Source: Bugula neritina
Taxonomy: Eukaryota; Animalia; Bryozoa
Reading direction: 5' to 3'
Length of the DNA: 64,000 bases
Assembly (NCBI GenBank): GCA_964035545.1
Contig: OZ037770.1
Location: 14,436,642 to 14,500,641, forward strand
Part shown: in pieces, positions 38,101-51,081 of the stretch
Numbering within the stretch: the first letter of the stretch is position 1
Layout of the letters: each line of letters opens with the position of its first letter
Notes under the pieces: generated by a model
What the model was told of the DNA's origin: nothing
The model's input: the letters and a program-made list of their open reading frames with translations, nothing else
The model's database searches: none
Made by a program: the position numbers and the translations under genes

Positions 38101-41100
38101 CTTAGAAACTCTTAGACTGGTTGGAGCTAAAGGTCCTGGAAAAGATTTATGACACATGTCAAAAGAAATATTGGAACTGGGCCATGAAAGCTAAATTTAG
38201 AAACTGTGTATTGTGATTTTCCACTAGCCCCAAAACTGTTATGAAGAGTAGGCTTATGCAAGCTAGCGAGTCTGAAGACTGGGATCAATTTTCAGTAGGA
38301 GAAAAATTATTTTACAGAATTATACTTAAAAATGTGACTTTCAAAATTGCATTTACTCTTTTTGCTAAAGGATCTTATTTATCAACATAATGACTGAATA
38401 ACAGTATTTTAAGCTAAAACAAATTATGTAAAATACTTACTATCTTTTCTATAAACAATAGACAGGGTGTTGGCTGAAGTTATCGTCTCTGCCCCTTTTG
38501 TCATGCTCGTCCAGAGAGTGAAAGTATGATCAACTCCAGGTAGGAAAGTTCCGGCAAAGCTGTGTCTTGTCGCTCTCCTCGCCTTATTTTCGCTCTAAAC
38601 ATTCAACATATAAGAATATACTAAACACAGATTCTTGTTTCTTACATCAATCTCTCTCCAAGAAGGCTACAAATTATTGTAGAATATTTGAATTTTCAAA
38701 TGCAGACTTGTAAAAAGAAGTGGTTTGTTGGGTGAGCATATTTTGAATTCTATAATATGTCAACTGTATGTGTAGTGTTGTGTTTACCCAGTAGCCTCCG
38801 TGGTGTAATGGTTAGCATACTTGCTTGCAAGCCAGAAGACTCAGGTTCCACTCCCAGTGGGGGCAATTGTTTTTACAGTATGCAGTGTGAATCACAATGA
38901 TTCTGATTCAAGCAATGCCCTGGTCACTAATTAAACTGAAGCTAACTTTTCTAAGTCTCTACCCTGCTTGTTTGAAACTCATGTGATAACTTTCGTGAGT
39001 TATCCTCTCGTTATGACCAGCCACACACTCGTTGAACGAAACACATAATAAATAGTCTGTGAATGAGTCTTGCCCGAGGTACAAACATCAGAAAATAGCC
39101 AAACAGAGAAACATGGTAAAAATGAAATAATCACTGTTGCTAAAATTCTATTGACCAATCAAATGGTGCTTATCATTAATCGTGATTTCGGTCCATCGTC
39201 TTCGTTGTGCACACTCAACGAAAGCGATTTTGTTTGAGTTTTTTCAAACTTTTATTGTATGATTGTGTTTTCGTGTCAAATAGACGATTTCGTGTGATTC
39301 TTAGAGCGTGAGGCCAGGCCTTTAGGGCAAAAGAGATGTTATGACGGAATGGTCTTCCTAATAATATCATCTCTAATGGCATTTACAGAAATTCAAATTT
39401 CTATAGCTTTCGTCAAAAACTGCTGAAAGCAGCACAAAGTTAGGGAGAGTAAGAGCTCAAACGAAAGGTCTACACGTATAAGATTGCATTCATTGATCTC
39501 TAAATTTGTGCTGCTTATAGCAATTTCTGCTCTCTTAAATTACCAGTTTGATATGTTCGGAAGGGTTGACAGTGTGGTTGAAGTGAAGGAAGTCAAAGTG
39601 ATTCACGTCATCGGGCCTTAAAGTCCAGGTGATCCAGACTATCCCAGATATTAATTTTGCGGTAGCGTTTTTTGGAGCCAAAGGAGCTGTAGAAAATACA
39701 CTGAAATGTTTGCAAGTGTTAACCAAACGCAGCATTTGAGTGTTAGTAAATGTTCGTAAGTAGCTACAGAAATGAAAGGCGGTGTATATATTTTCTTGGT
39801 AATAGATTTAAGGCATATGATTTGTGTGTGAAGAGTAGCCGTTATCTAGGGGTCACAGCCCTGGCAAAGGCCATTGGTGTTAGGAAAAGCATCCAGTCAT
39901 AATTGCTCCTGTGCCACATCTGAATAAGTCCTTAGCCAGATTTAACAAAAACATTTTTTCCATCAGGAGGTCTCTCACAGGAATGGCAACTATAAACTGG
40001 CATGAGCATATGAATTGTGTGCGACCTTTTCTCAATATGTCTATTTAAAAAGTGTGTAGAGATTTTTGCTTTTATGAAAACATATTAGGGCTGTTTTAAT
40101 GAAGATTTTATTAGCTGCAGATTTAAATGTTTTATTAATATTTTACACGTTGAGGTTAAATGTTAGTTTTAATTTAAGAGTAAGCACTTTGTGCTTTTAT
40201 ATGAACAAAAAATATCAAATGAATGTTTTTAAATACGGTAATAATAGTTATACTGCAATTAGTCATGCAAATTCTTCAAGTTATTTATAAGGGAAATTTC
40301 AAAATCAAAAAATGGTCTGCATACTCACGGATTGTTATGTTTTTCCGGCTGCTTCTTTGAAATTTATTTATTATCTCATTGCCCCTTGAAGTGGTAGTGA
40401 CAGCCGTGATAAGGCTTTCATACGCTCTGCCGAAGGAGATGAGTGTTGCTTCAAGCTTCGAAATAAAAAGCAAAATAATCACAATTAACTAGAGTACTTG
40501 CTTGAGTAATTGCTTCATTTGATGGTATAAAAGATAATTAAACATTAAAAAAACATTATCAATTAGTTTTTGCTATAAATTAAAAATGATTATTTGGCAG
40601 AATTAAACCTTTGCAAAGATTGCATGCACATATTGTTGTTGGGAATCCCATAGTTGCTGTAGTAACTGTGGAATTCCCAACAGCGGGTTCAAACTTTTGA
40701 AGACCCGCCCTGGGAGCGAACTGCCACACACAATGCGTGTGTTGCAGGTGTAGAAATTTATTAGCTAAGGACCGTAGAGTTTACCTGGACTGCTTACCTA
40801 CAGACGTTTGTTTTAAATCTACGTCACCGGCAAAGTAACTTAAATATTAGAAAAGCGGAAATGCAAACTACAAGAAACTGTTTTAATTCAGTTTGCTAAA
40901 AGCTAAACCGCAAACTGAAATTAAAAAAAGTGTACTCACTAAATGGTAATCAGCCAATTAGATCAAACTCGCAAGAGCTTTCTGCCTTTCCTGCTCAGCA
41001 TACTATCCGCATGAAAACCCGCACACAGCAGCCCATTTATGGGCTAGACGGGCTCCCGCATCTTGCCCCATGCCTAGCCCTCCAATTTGCAAGCCAGAGG

Positions 41101-44100
41101 TCTAGGGTTCGAATCCCACTCACGGAAAAAATTTCTATACAAATTTAGTTTAAAATAAAACCTGCAGTGATGAGTATGACCGGTCTCTAATGATTTTTGA
41201 ATGAATTAGTTTTAAGATCTGCGATGCGTTTGAGTAACTCTTAATGATGCTTGGATGTATCAGTGTCAGTTCTAAGAATGAGAAACGATCTGTAGGCTGT
41301 ACTCTCTCTGCAGTAACCACCAGCTTCACCTTCGAACTGCTATCAACTCGAATCTCATGGCTTTTAATGGAAAATGCTCTTGGCACTATATGAAACACAA
41401 AAGAAACATTGCTTACTGTTTATAACTGTAATTGACGAGTTTGGTAAAGAAATTGTATTATTGCGTTTAACAATGATTGACCAAATCTTGATTTTATTTC
41501 AGTTTGTTATTTTTATTTTTTTTATTTAAAACAGTACCAATGATTATTGGACGAGGCGTAGCATCTTTCTCTTCGTACAGAGTTTGGATGCCGTTTATGT
41601 TACTTCCCATAGTTTGATATACACAACTCAACAGAGCACCTCTTGGTGCAATGTTGTCTTCTCTTGGAATTTTTATTTCTCCTATTAGAGGCTCCGTGAT
41701 ATCTACACAAGTATGAACTGAAGGTAACTAATTATCATATTATCTAATGCCGTTTGTTTGCAAGTCCACTAAAAGTAAACTGCATAATACCTTGTTTGTA
41801 GAACTCTTTCTTTTGCTATTAAGCTTATAACCAGCAAAGCTGGCACAAAAAATGATGCAATGTTAAAACTAGAAAATAAAAACCGCATAAAACACAAAAT
41901 ACGTTTTTGTGTAACCAATCCACCAAATTATCTTAAAGTTTGTAAATTAGTAAGTTTGATTTGAGATTGTACACTTACAGAATATTTTCACAAGAATGTT
42001 CATACTGCATTATTAGCCTTCTATCCAATTTATAACAACAAGATTGTAAGCTTTCCAGCTTGAAGTATTTTTTCATACTTAGCTGTGCTTTGCTTTGACA
42101 TGCTTCAGGCATTTATATTCTCCATATAACCAACATTTTACGTAAACATGTTATATGTAATATTTTATCAGATATGTAAAAAATGAAACTAACTGTCAAT
42201 AAGAATTTTGTAGAAAATGCTTAAAATTAAGTAATGCATAAACATTATTGCAGTGAAGCCGAGAGTAGAACTAACAGCTGATTTCGCAATCCTGCAGTTT
42301 GCAAAAATCTTGATTATTTTTTCTTTCAAATGTTAAAAATATGCAAAAGTTAAAATGTGGTTTATTAACAGACTCTTGTATAAATATGAGTACAAATTGT
42401 TGAGCTGTTAGGGGGAGAAAAGTCCTGGTGCACAAAAAACTTCTTCATGTGTAAATAGGAATATAGATAAATGTGCTTGGAGTTGTATTCTCGTTTGAGC
42501 ACTTACCAGATGTGATAACTTTCACCTCTGCTAAAGCAATGCTCAAGGAGTCTAGACTACAGATTCCCACTTCTCTCGCAGAAATTATTGGGTTGAAGCT
42601 AATGGTTGCATTGTCTTGCAAATTCCTCTGGGAGGAGACAACCAGCCAATCAGATGTCGTGTTACATGGAACACCTGAACTTGAATTAACCAGTGACCTT
42701 GCCAACTCGAAATCTCTTATCATGGGAACTAAATAAATTTGTAAATGAATAAACCTAAAGTACAGTTTTTTCAATGCATGGGTGTTTTGCTGATAATCTA
42801 ATATGATGTAATATAGTATAAAATAAAATAGTAATATATAATATAATATGATGTAACATATTATAATGTAATATAGTAATATATAATATAATATGATGTA
42901 ACATATTATAATATAATATAGTAATATATAATATAATATGATGTAACATAGTATAATGTAATATAATATATAGTATAATATAATATAGGAGAATATAATA
43001 CAGTATAAAGTAATATATAATAATATGATAAAATACAATATGGTATAATGAAATATAATAGAATAAAATACAATTATATGATATAATGTAATATAATATA
43101 TTATAATGTAGTGAAATGTAATGTAATGCAATGCAATATAGTATAGTACAATATTACGATATAATACAATATATAGATAATTCAAATACTTTAGTGACAG
43201 AAAGTTTTGCCTTGCAAGATTAAGTAAGTTGCATGAGCATGGAGTCAGAAGCAAACAATATAAGTACTAATTTAGCCCTTGAGACATCTTAATAGAAGTA
43301 AATTGTCACATTTTCAGCCGACCTCTAAATCCTGATTGATAACTTTAGCTAGTTTACATGCCAAGAGCATGAAACAAAAAATAAAAAGATTCCACTAATG
43401 AAGTACATATTTTATACTGTTGAAAAATTAAACATGATATAACATTTAATTCAAATAACAGTATGAGAAATTCAAAAGACAAAATATGTGTAACCTGTTG
43501 AAACCCCGTAAATTTCCACAGAAGTGATGAATTCTATAGTCTCCAAATCCACCTTCCACCAACTGAAAGCTGTCCGTTCTGTTTGAGAGAAGAGCTGCCA
43601 GTTGTTGGAGATGAGTCCGTCCACGGCGTAATCAGCCAAATGGTTGTTCACAGTTGAACTCTGGGAAGTGGGTTTTCCGAAAGCGCTGTTGGTATTCGCT
43701 AAAATGAATTTACCTACTTTTTTAAATAAATCATCTAAAAATAGAACTACACTGAGGCTTCTATTATTAGTATCTATGAGTCATCAACAGAATGCTTTCA
43801 ATTATTTTTATATTGACTTCTACTAAAATGTTAATATATATGTAGTGCTATTTAATGGGAGAGCTTTTACAAAGCTACACATCAACTAGTAGTTATCTTA
43901 CCCTGTCTGTAACTTGCATACTAACAAAATATTTCTCATTTATATATTTCCTTATATAAACTCTTTGCCTATAGGCTATAAGGATCAGTTTTTGACATTT
44001 TTTATTTTTTAATCATACATATTGTGTATGCAGCACAATCTATGTCAACACAAATGTTATAATTTCTATTGAATAAATGAATAAATTATTGGTTTGGTAC

Positions 44101-47100
44101 CAAATATTATTACCAAACAGAAAAGTGGCTGAATTGGCAATTTATTATTTCAATAAGTATGGGTTGCCCTTCAAAGTCCAAGTGTGAAAACTAACTTTCA
44201 TTTTGGTTCTTAGCCTATTTGTTGCTTTACATAGCTAATAATTTCGGACTTTGATTTCAGTATTTTCTTACGTTTAGCAAAAGCCTCCACTTCTGAGATG
44301 ACTATTGGGTACGGGCGGGAGCTCGTGATTGCAAGGAACTGCACGCTATTGGCAGGTAGGTTTGCTTTCCTCACCACTGCATAACCTTCTTTAACAAAAG
44401 ATCTTTTCTTCCAGCCCTTTGACACTAAAGGTTTAGAAGAAGCATCTCCTTCTTTCCCATTGGTCCATAGAAGTATTCCACTCATCCACAGATCTATCAA
44501 ATGTTACAGCTTATCAATACTACTATATTATAGTTTATCTACAACATATCTACAACACATCTATATAGTATATCTACAACAGATCTATACTATGCATCTA
44601 CAACAAATCTATAATAAATCTACCTTATACAGCGATGTACATCAACATGTCACCACTATATAATACACTTTTGAACATACACCATTAGAATACATCCGAG
44701 AGCCAATCTTAGTCTAAAAATGTGCTGATGCAGTAACAGACTTACCACATGTTTCCGGTCGGCAAACATCTACCTGGCTGTACACCTTTACCGTAGAAAC
44801 GTTTGTCTCGTAGCCAATATCCACTACCCACCAACCCCCGGCTCCGACTTGAGAATAATCCAATGAATTTCCCACAATTCCATTAACGGCTTTATCAGCT
44901 GTGTGAGAGCCTATGGTGCTCGACTGGTATGCCTGCTTGTTCAGAAGTGTGTTACTGTCTGCAAGGAATATAAAAACTTTTATCAAGTTTAAAGTCAGGC
45001 TATTATAAAATAATTGCCCCCACCAGGATTCGAACCACAGACCTCAGGTTTTCAAGCAGACGCACTAATCAATTACACCACAGGGGCTTCGGGACTCCTA
45101 ACTACAACTACAAAATTGGTTGTGTGAAAAATGTTTGAAAACTTTGCCCTGGACATTCCCTAAACATTTTTCTGAAAAAAAAACAAATAGTTGGTTGGTA
45201 TCTTGTTTGCAAGTTGGAGAGTCTCGGGTTTGGATCCCAGTGGGGCTAAGGACTTATTCAGATGAGGCACAGAAGCAATTATGACTGGATTCTCTTCTGG
45301 TGTTCACTATGCAAAGCTCTAACCCCTAAACCATGGCTGCTCCCTGGCAAAAGTTTTATAATGCTCATATTTTAATTTGCATATAAGTTATTAGATTGCA
45401 GAGGGGTTGCTATCGGCAACATTACCATCAACAAACTTTGGAGGAGGTTCAACTCGGAAGCTATCAAATTTATCTATTACAGAGCCTGCTTTTTTGGCAT
45501 AGGTTTGGCACTTCACAGTCACACCACCTATGGTAGTGAGTGGGTTTTCCAGTTCAAGCTTGACCTTCAGTTCGTCTACGGGAGAGGTTTCAGGGTCAAA
45601 GACGTGCTCTATCATCACATTCTTCACTTGGAGAGGCTCTGTAACCATGACAACAGCTAATACATTATGCCTCAATGTTTAGTTGACTATACTTTGTAAG
45701 CGTAAAGTTACTATAGGAGGAATTGCTACAATAAAATACAACATTACATGATATGCTGAGAAAATAATTTACTTTAGACAACATTATATGAACTATCCTA
45801 ACATATTAAAACTCACACAATTGTTTTGTTTGTATTTAGATAGCAATAATATTGGCTAATAATGACCGATAGTGTTGGAATTGATTATTACTGTTAAAAT
45901 AAAACTAGTAGTCTTTTACACTTTGAAATCACCTGAAATTTTTTCTATTTAACTATTATTTAAAAAGAAACTATTTTAAAAAAATTCCCATAAAATAAAA
46001 TTGTGAATGATACTTTAAACCATAAAATTTGCTTCTTAATTTTTATCACATAACTTATGAGAAAGTCACAAATCTTACAGGTAAAAATTCATGTTTTAGA
46101 GCTGAAAAAACAGCAATTAAACATTAATACTATCTTAATGTTTCTTATACAGAGCAGAAAAATCAAATAGTTCTTTTGCTGTATCAAATTGCTGATGAAT
46201 AAATGTAACAAATTGAATTTAGTTATTCGAAGAACCCCTGGCGCACTTCCTTCAGGCAGTAGTGAAATATTTGTATATATTAGCTATTACTTTAAACCTT
46301 CAACCCAGCTCCGTGTCGACTAAGCTTTGTGTTGCAGCAGCTGAGAATAGCAACAATTAGTGTTAGTTACATAATACCATAAGAAAAAGTTAATTATAAT
46401 TATAATATTTTATTACTGCATAAATTAAATTTGTTTGGGATTCTTTGAGTAATAAAGGTTATACTATATAAATCCAATTCAACCAATATTGTTTCCTAGA
46501 ATAAAGTCAGCATTTCTAGGTGATAGAAAGGTATACCTGCTTACCTAGGAACCCTAAAACAGCGTCACTGGTTAGGAGAGTGTTTCCTCTCCCCCTCAAC
46601 TCCACAGTAAAGTTGTATCCTTGGCCAGCTGTGAGTGGCGCGAACGCTATAGTGTACTTAAAATAAAATAGCGCAATAACAGATCATTCTAAACAGTATT
46701 TCATCATTTGCTTATATACTGCTGGTAAATTTTTAGAAATATTCTCAGTTCTGCAAAGATTATTATCAGAACTTGTTGATACTGTTGAGATGACGGATAG
46801 TTTTCTAGGGCTAATAAACGTTTCAATGTACACAAAGCATTGCCTGGTGTCAAGTAAAACTATAAACTGAATATCAGAATTTTAAAAAATATTGCTGAAA
46901 ATACAGCCATTGTAACAGAACATTGATATGGGTTTAGTACCACGATTAGATTACAGTGCAGCAAAACTATGTATAAAGTGTGATACTTCATATAATTGTG
47001 TACAACATTTGCGGGTAAACCACCATTTACTAAATATAGTTATATCATTCAAACTTTTTAAACAATTTAACAAACTTCTAAATTTTGAAAGTTATATAAT

Positions 47101-47925
47101 TTTTTTCTTTGTAATAGCAAAGTGGAAAATCAAGCGAGCCATAGTTGACCTTTGGTTTGTTTAATATTGTGGTAGAATTTGCTGCTATGTTTGATTTAAT
47201 GGCAATTATAATGGCCATGACAAAGCAATAATCAATAATCAATAGGCAATCAACTTTATTAGATTAATTGCTAGTCTGTATAACATATAATATACGTATA
47301 TTTTAGCACTGAGATTCATGCAAGTACCTTAGGAAACATAGATTACTCTCAGATGCTTGCTTGCTATTAAGAACATCAAACTGAATTATTACTATAACAT
47401 TTAACTCCCACTTTCTGGAAGCTTTCCTTAAATAGACTTACAACTCCTTCTCCTCTGTTTGGCTGAGAAATGGAATGTTGGCTGTTGACAATGTTGTTTT
47501 CACAAATAAACACGACCTCTACCCACTTTTCATTTAAAGGTGTTGTTCCATTCAGAACTTTGCTTATAGTCACATTGATCTCTATAGAATAGTGGTCGAG
47601 CATGGTCCACGTCAAAGACTGGAGGGCAAACCACTGGCCAGTTGGCTGGTAGAGATTTCCTAGAACTGTGCCTCTGGTTATTAATAAACATAAATGCTTG
47701 TAGACAGATTGGCTAGTCTTTAAGTGGTGCAGGCAACTCCAACAAAAGTGACACAACTCAGATAATAGACTGTGTGAACCCATTAACTTTTTTACAAATA
47801 ATCGCTACTCTTAGACTCAGGGTTGGTCAGTCTATTTTATAACAGACTCAGCAGAACTTAAATGTGAAACATATTAGATTATAAATACCCAGCAATAACA
47901 TATATACAAATATTACTTGGGTCAT
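35162..47925 (-). CDS. Single-pass type I membrane protein with FN3-like repeats and two F-type lectin (FTP / F5-8C-like) domains, short cytoplasmic tail
   Basis: Probable signal exon 47925-47889, then 47659-47442, 47380-47328, FN3-like exons (for example about 46658-46545 YTIAFAPLTAGQGYNFTVEL, and about 39687-39545 PLAPKNATAK...ITW), FTP exons 44958-44746 (NKQAYQSST...AVNG...WWVVDIG) and 43698-43495 (KPTSQSST...AVDG...WWKVDL), TM exon 35813-35735 (ALTALIIVSGGMVISLIIGVTY), last exon 35219-35162. Several internal exon boundaries are not resolved. Confidence 0.7.
36440..36810. repeat. Low-complexity (ATATA/ATGTA)n tract (similar tract at 42795-43180)
   Basis: Degenerate 5-bp period; generates spurious I/L/Y-rich ORFs. 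Confidence 0.85.
37463..37808. mobile_element. MITE, about 345 bp, possibly PIF/Harbinger-like
   Basis: TIR agcctagggccacactgtgc(a/g)tatttt; TAA at both ends. Second full copy inverted at 48085-48430; partial end at 37968-37998. Confidence 0.8.
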
Positions 47926-48050
47926 CTGAAATATATATATGAAATGAAAAATGTTATTTGGGTCATCTGAAATATATATAAAATGAAAAATGTTATTTGG
48001 GTCATCTGAAATATATATGAAATCAAAAATGTTATTTGGGTCATCTGAAA
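47917..48050 (-). repeat. 39-41-bp repeat containing splice acceptor plus ATG of the FN3/F-lectin gene
   Basis: tttcag|ATGACCCAA at 48044, 48005, 47966 and 47925. Confidence 0.85.
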
Positions 48051-48084
48051 AAACATGGATGGTTTGCATATAGGTACTATGCCA

Positions 48085-48430
48085 AGCCTAGGGCCACACT
48101 GTGCGTATTTTCGCATGCGAAAATTGAAACCACGAGTAGCAAAGGCGTCCACTGTAGCGTCAGTGATGTGTGATAAATAAAGCTTTCATTTTTAAATCGC
48201 ACTCGCTTTCAATAAAACACAATTTGCTGGAATTTAGCCCTAAAATAATGAAAGTGGGCTCGCTGAATAACTACCAGCCAATTAGGTGACGACGACAGAG
48301 ACACTTCGCACTTGCGTTGAGAATGCTGAGCGGCAAGTGCGAATGTTTTCTCAACGCATACAGTGGACACTTTTGCTACTTGTGATTTCAATTTTCGCAT
48401 GCGAAAATACGCACAGTGTGGCCCTAGGCT
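48085..48430. mobile_element. MITE, inverted copy of 37463-37808
   Basis: Same TIRs and internal sequence in the opposite orientation. Confidence 0.8.
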
Positions 48431-50103
48431 TACTATACTGTTAGATCCAGTGTTTGTATAGGCCTTCATATAGTGGCTACCATGTATAGCTATACAGAAG
48501 TGTAACATGGGTTTCTCTTTGAACTTAGACGACAATGCCCAATAATGGGGGTGCTAGCAACATATTGCCCTATTATGCAACTGGCTGGTCTATTCTCAAC
48601 TTTGCATACTTTGTTTGACGATTATATAAAATATATTATTACATAATCTTATTTATAAAAATATAAATTATAATGGTGAAACTGTCAATAAGGTCTAATT
48701 ATAATGTGCAGACAATACCAATTTCTATTTCTACTTGTGTGTATCAAGCTACATTGAATTAAAATTATATTTATTGTTCAACGCAATTATTTATTTGTAT
48801 TTGTATATATTTACATTATTTATTTTGCTTTGTCAATATTTGAAGTTTAAGTTATGCTTATTGAATGAATTTTGATCAATTATTAATCAGAGCTTTAAAA
48901 ACCTTTATTGGTTTTCACTATTTGACTTTTTAATTTAAAAAAACTAACTTATTTTTTACTTACAGGCAGACCAGCGTTGATCCCCAAGAATTAAGCATCT
49001 CACAGTTGTGCTCTGTGCAACCAAATAAATACTGACAGTAGTGTTGTCTTTATATGCATGGTTTCATTGTTTAACACAATGTTTATAAAAAGGAAACTAA
49101 TGGGATTGTTGTAATTGTAAACAAGTCATCTTGTACTGTGAAAACAGTTTTGTAAAAAATGCCCATGATTATGACAAAAAAGCATGGAATTCTTCGCTAA
49201 TTTAGCCTCTCACCTGTTTTATTTTGAGTTCAAATAAGGAACGTGAACATTTTTCAATAAGAAATCTTTGCCATCTGACTGCAATTTAAAAAGCATTTGC
49301 AGATCTTCATAATTTCAAAAACAATATTAGAAGATTATATTATTGATATATTATGCTTGTGTTTATGTGAATGATTAAATAAGAAACTCAGCAAAACGAT
49401 TGTTAGATGTGTACCATCATAATTTCTTATTATGTATAACTGTGTACATTGGATAAGGCATTTGAGTCACAATAATATATTTACTACAGCAATATGATAG
49501 CTTGTCTGATCCCATAGCATACATCTTCATCCTATATATATACAAGCTGTAAGGCATTAGTCTTGTTGACTAGCTACTTCATGCATATGATCTGCGCAAA
49601 GTATTTAAAATAGATTGTAATTGAATCTCATCCAACAAAATAATTTAACTTGAAACTTTGAGAAAGCGAACACTGCAATTTTAAAATCTGACAAATCGTG
49701 AAAATACAGATTACATTAAAATAAGCACTGCCCAAAATTTTATTTGAAAATGTCTTTATTGTTACCCAATTTTCATTTCACTACTTGAAGCTTGAAGTAA
49801 TAATTTGAACAATACACCTAACATAAATAAATTATCAGTATAATGACATAATAACGGATTAGGCCGGTTTTTAGTAATCCACCTAACATAATTAGATTGT
49901 TAATAATGATGTAATTTCCAATCAATAATGAATTAATATTGGTAGTTATACTTACTGCTTAGTGCATGCTTTTTGTTTCTATATAAATTAGATCCCTTAC
50001 TCTTGCTAATAGAAATTGTCTTATAATTCTCAAAATATGAATTTATTTACATGTATTAACAATATCAAAAAAATATCAAACAGCCCACATATCTTCCTCA
50101 CAA

Positions 50104-51081
50104 CTACAGCTCATTACAGACAAGTGTCTTATTTGGTGATAACTTAGCCTGTAGTTCTTTACATTTCAATAACTTAGCCAAGTATTTCCAGTAGTTTGGG
50201 TTCAGGTAGACGTAGAGAAAGACATTGAGGATTCCATAGAGCGCGTTGTATACGCACGCGAACCAAGTCAGTATTGCTAGTGCTTCATCGTAGTAATTGC
50301 TTAGCCGATTGAGACAGAAACAGATCAAACCTGGGATATTTGACAGATAGAACATGAAGCTCGTGACCAGAACATAAATCCCAGCTTTTCTCAAGTACGG
50401 ATCTGTGGTTGGCTGAGAGAATCGCTTGTTCATCTTTTTCAATTCAAGGCCGAATTTCCCGAGACAAATGGCTGTAACTAAAATTGACGGCGCAGTAAGA
50501 CACACGCTGACAATGGCTCTAGGAACCGATGGCTGTAGTGAGATCGTCCCAAAATCATTGAGACAAGGTCGGTGAGATGTCAAGACTTGTAGAACGGTGT
50601 AAATAGCTGGAAAGATCACCCATACCGCAATAAAACACTCTTCCATGTGTTTTATGATCTTATTTGTGTTATAGCTGAATGGAGAACAAATGGCGGTGTA
50701 CCTCTCATAGTTGGCTAACGTAAGTATGTAGCTACGAATGGTAGCAAGGCTAATTGTAAATGTGATTACTCCAACAATTATGTTTCTCGCAAGGTCCTCT
50801 GTTTGAGTGAAAATAAACTGGGTAAACTCGCAGTTAAAAGCAAGTATGTAGGAAATACTGGTAACAATATCCGAGACGCCAATGTGTATCAGTATCCAGT
50901 AATACTTTTTCCTCAAGAGCTTGTGAATGTTGGTCAAGAAAACGATGTGCAGAATGTTGATAATTATGCTAAATAGATTTAGCGTCACAGTAAACTTTGA
51001 GACCACTTCGTAACGACATAAAATAGTTATGTTCTCGCACAAAATTGAATTCTTGCTGATGTTCATTCTATCATAAAACAT
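50104..51081 (-). CDS. Intronless rhodopsin-class (class A) GPCR, orphan / chemoreceptor-like
   Basis: Seven hydrophobic segments; TM1 N, TM2 IGVSD, TM3 LANYERYTAICSPF, TM4 W, TM7 LNVFLYVYLNPNY; N-terminal N-glycosylation sequons. First ATG at 51081 (the ORF track starts at a GTG at 51177). Confidence 0.88.
   Translation of the reverse strand: MFYDRMNISKNSILCENITILCRYEVVSKFTVTLNLFSIIINILHIVFLTNIHKLLRKKYYWILIHIGVSDIVTSISYILAFNCEFTQFIFTQTEDLARNIIVGVITFTISLATIRSYILTLANYERYTAICSPFSYNTNKIIKHMEECFIAVWVIFPAIYTVLQVLTSHRPCLNDFGTISLQPSVPRAIVSVCLTAPSILVTAICLGKFGLELKKMNKRFSQPTTDPYLRKAGIYVLVTSFMFYLSNIPGLICFCLNRLSNYYDEALAILTWFACVYNALYGILNVFLYVYLNPNYWKYLAKLLKCKELQAKLSPNKTLVCNEL

Noticed and set aside
42445-43254. 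269-aa hydrophobic ORF (also 36420-36798)
   Set aside because: The I/L/Y-rich part is a low-complexity AT tract. Only the roughly 42730-42480 portion is a plausible exon of the FN3/F-lectin gene.
47328-47442. Apparent frameshift or stop in the FN3/F-lectin gene
   Set aside because: Explained by a 61-nt GTAAGT...CAG intron (47441-47381) that restores the frame.
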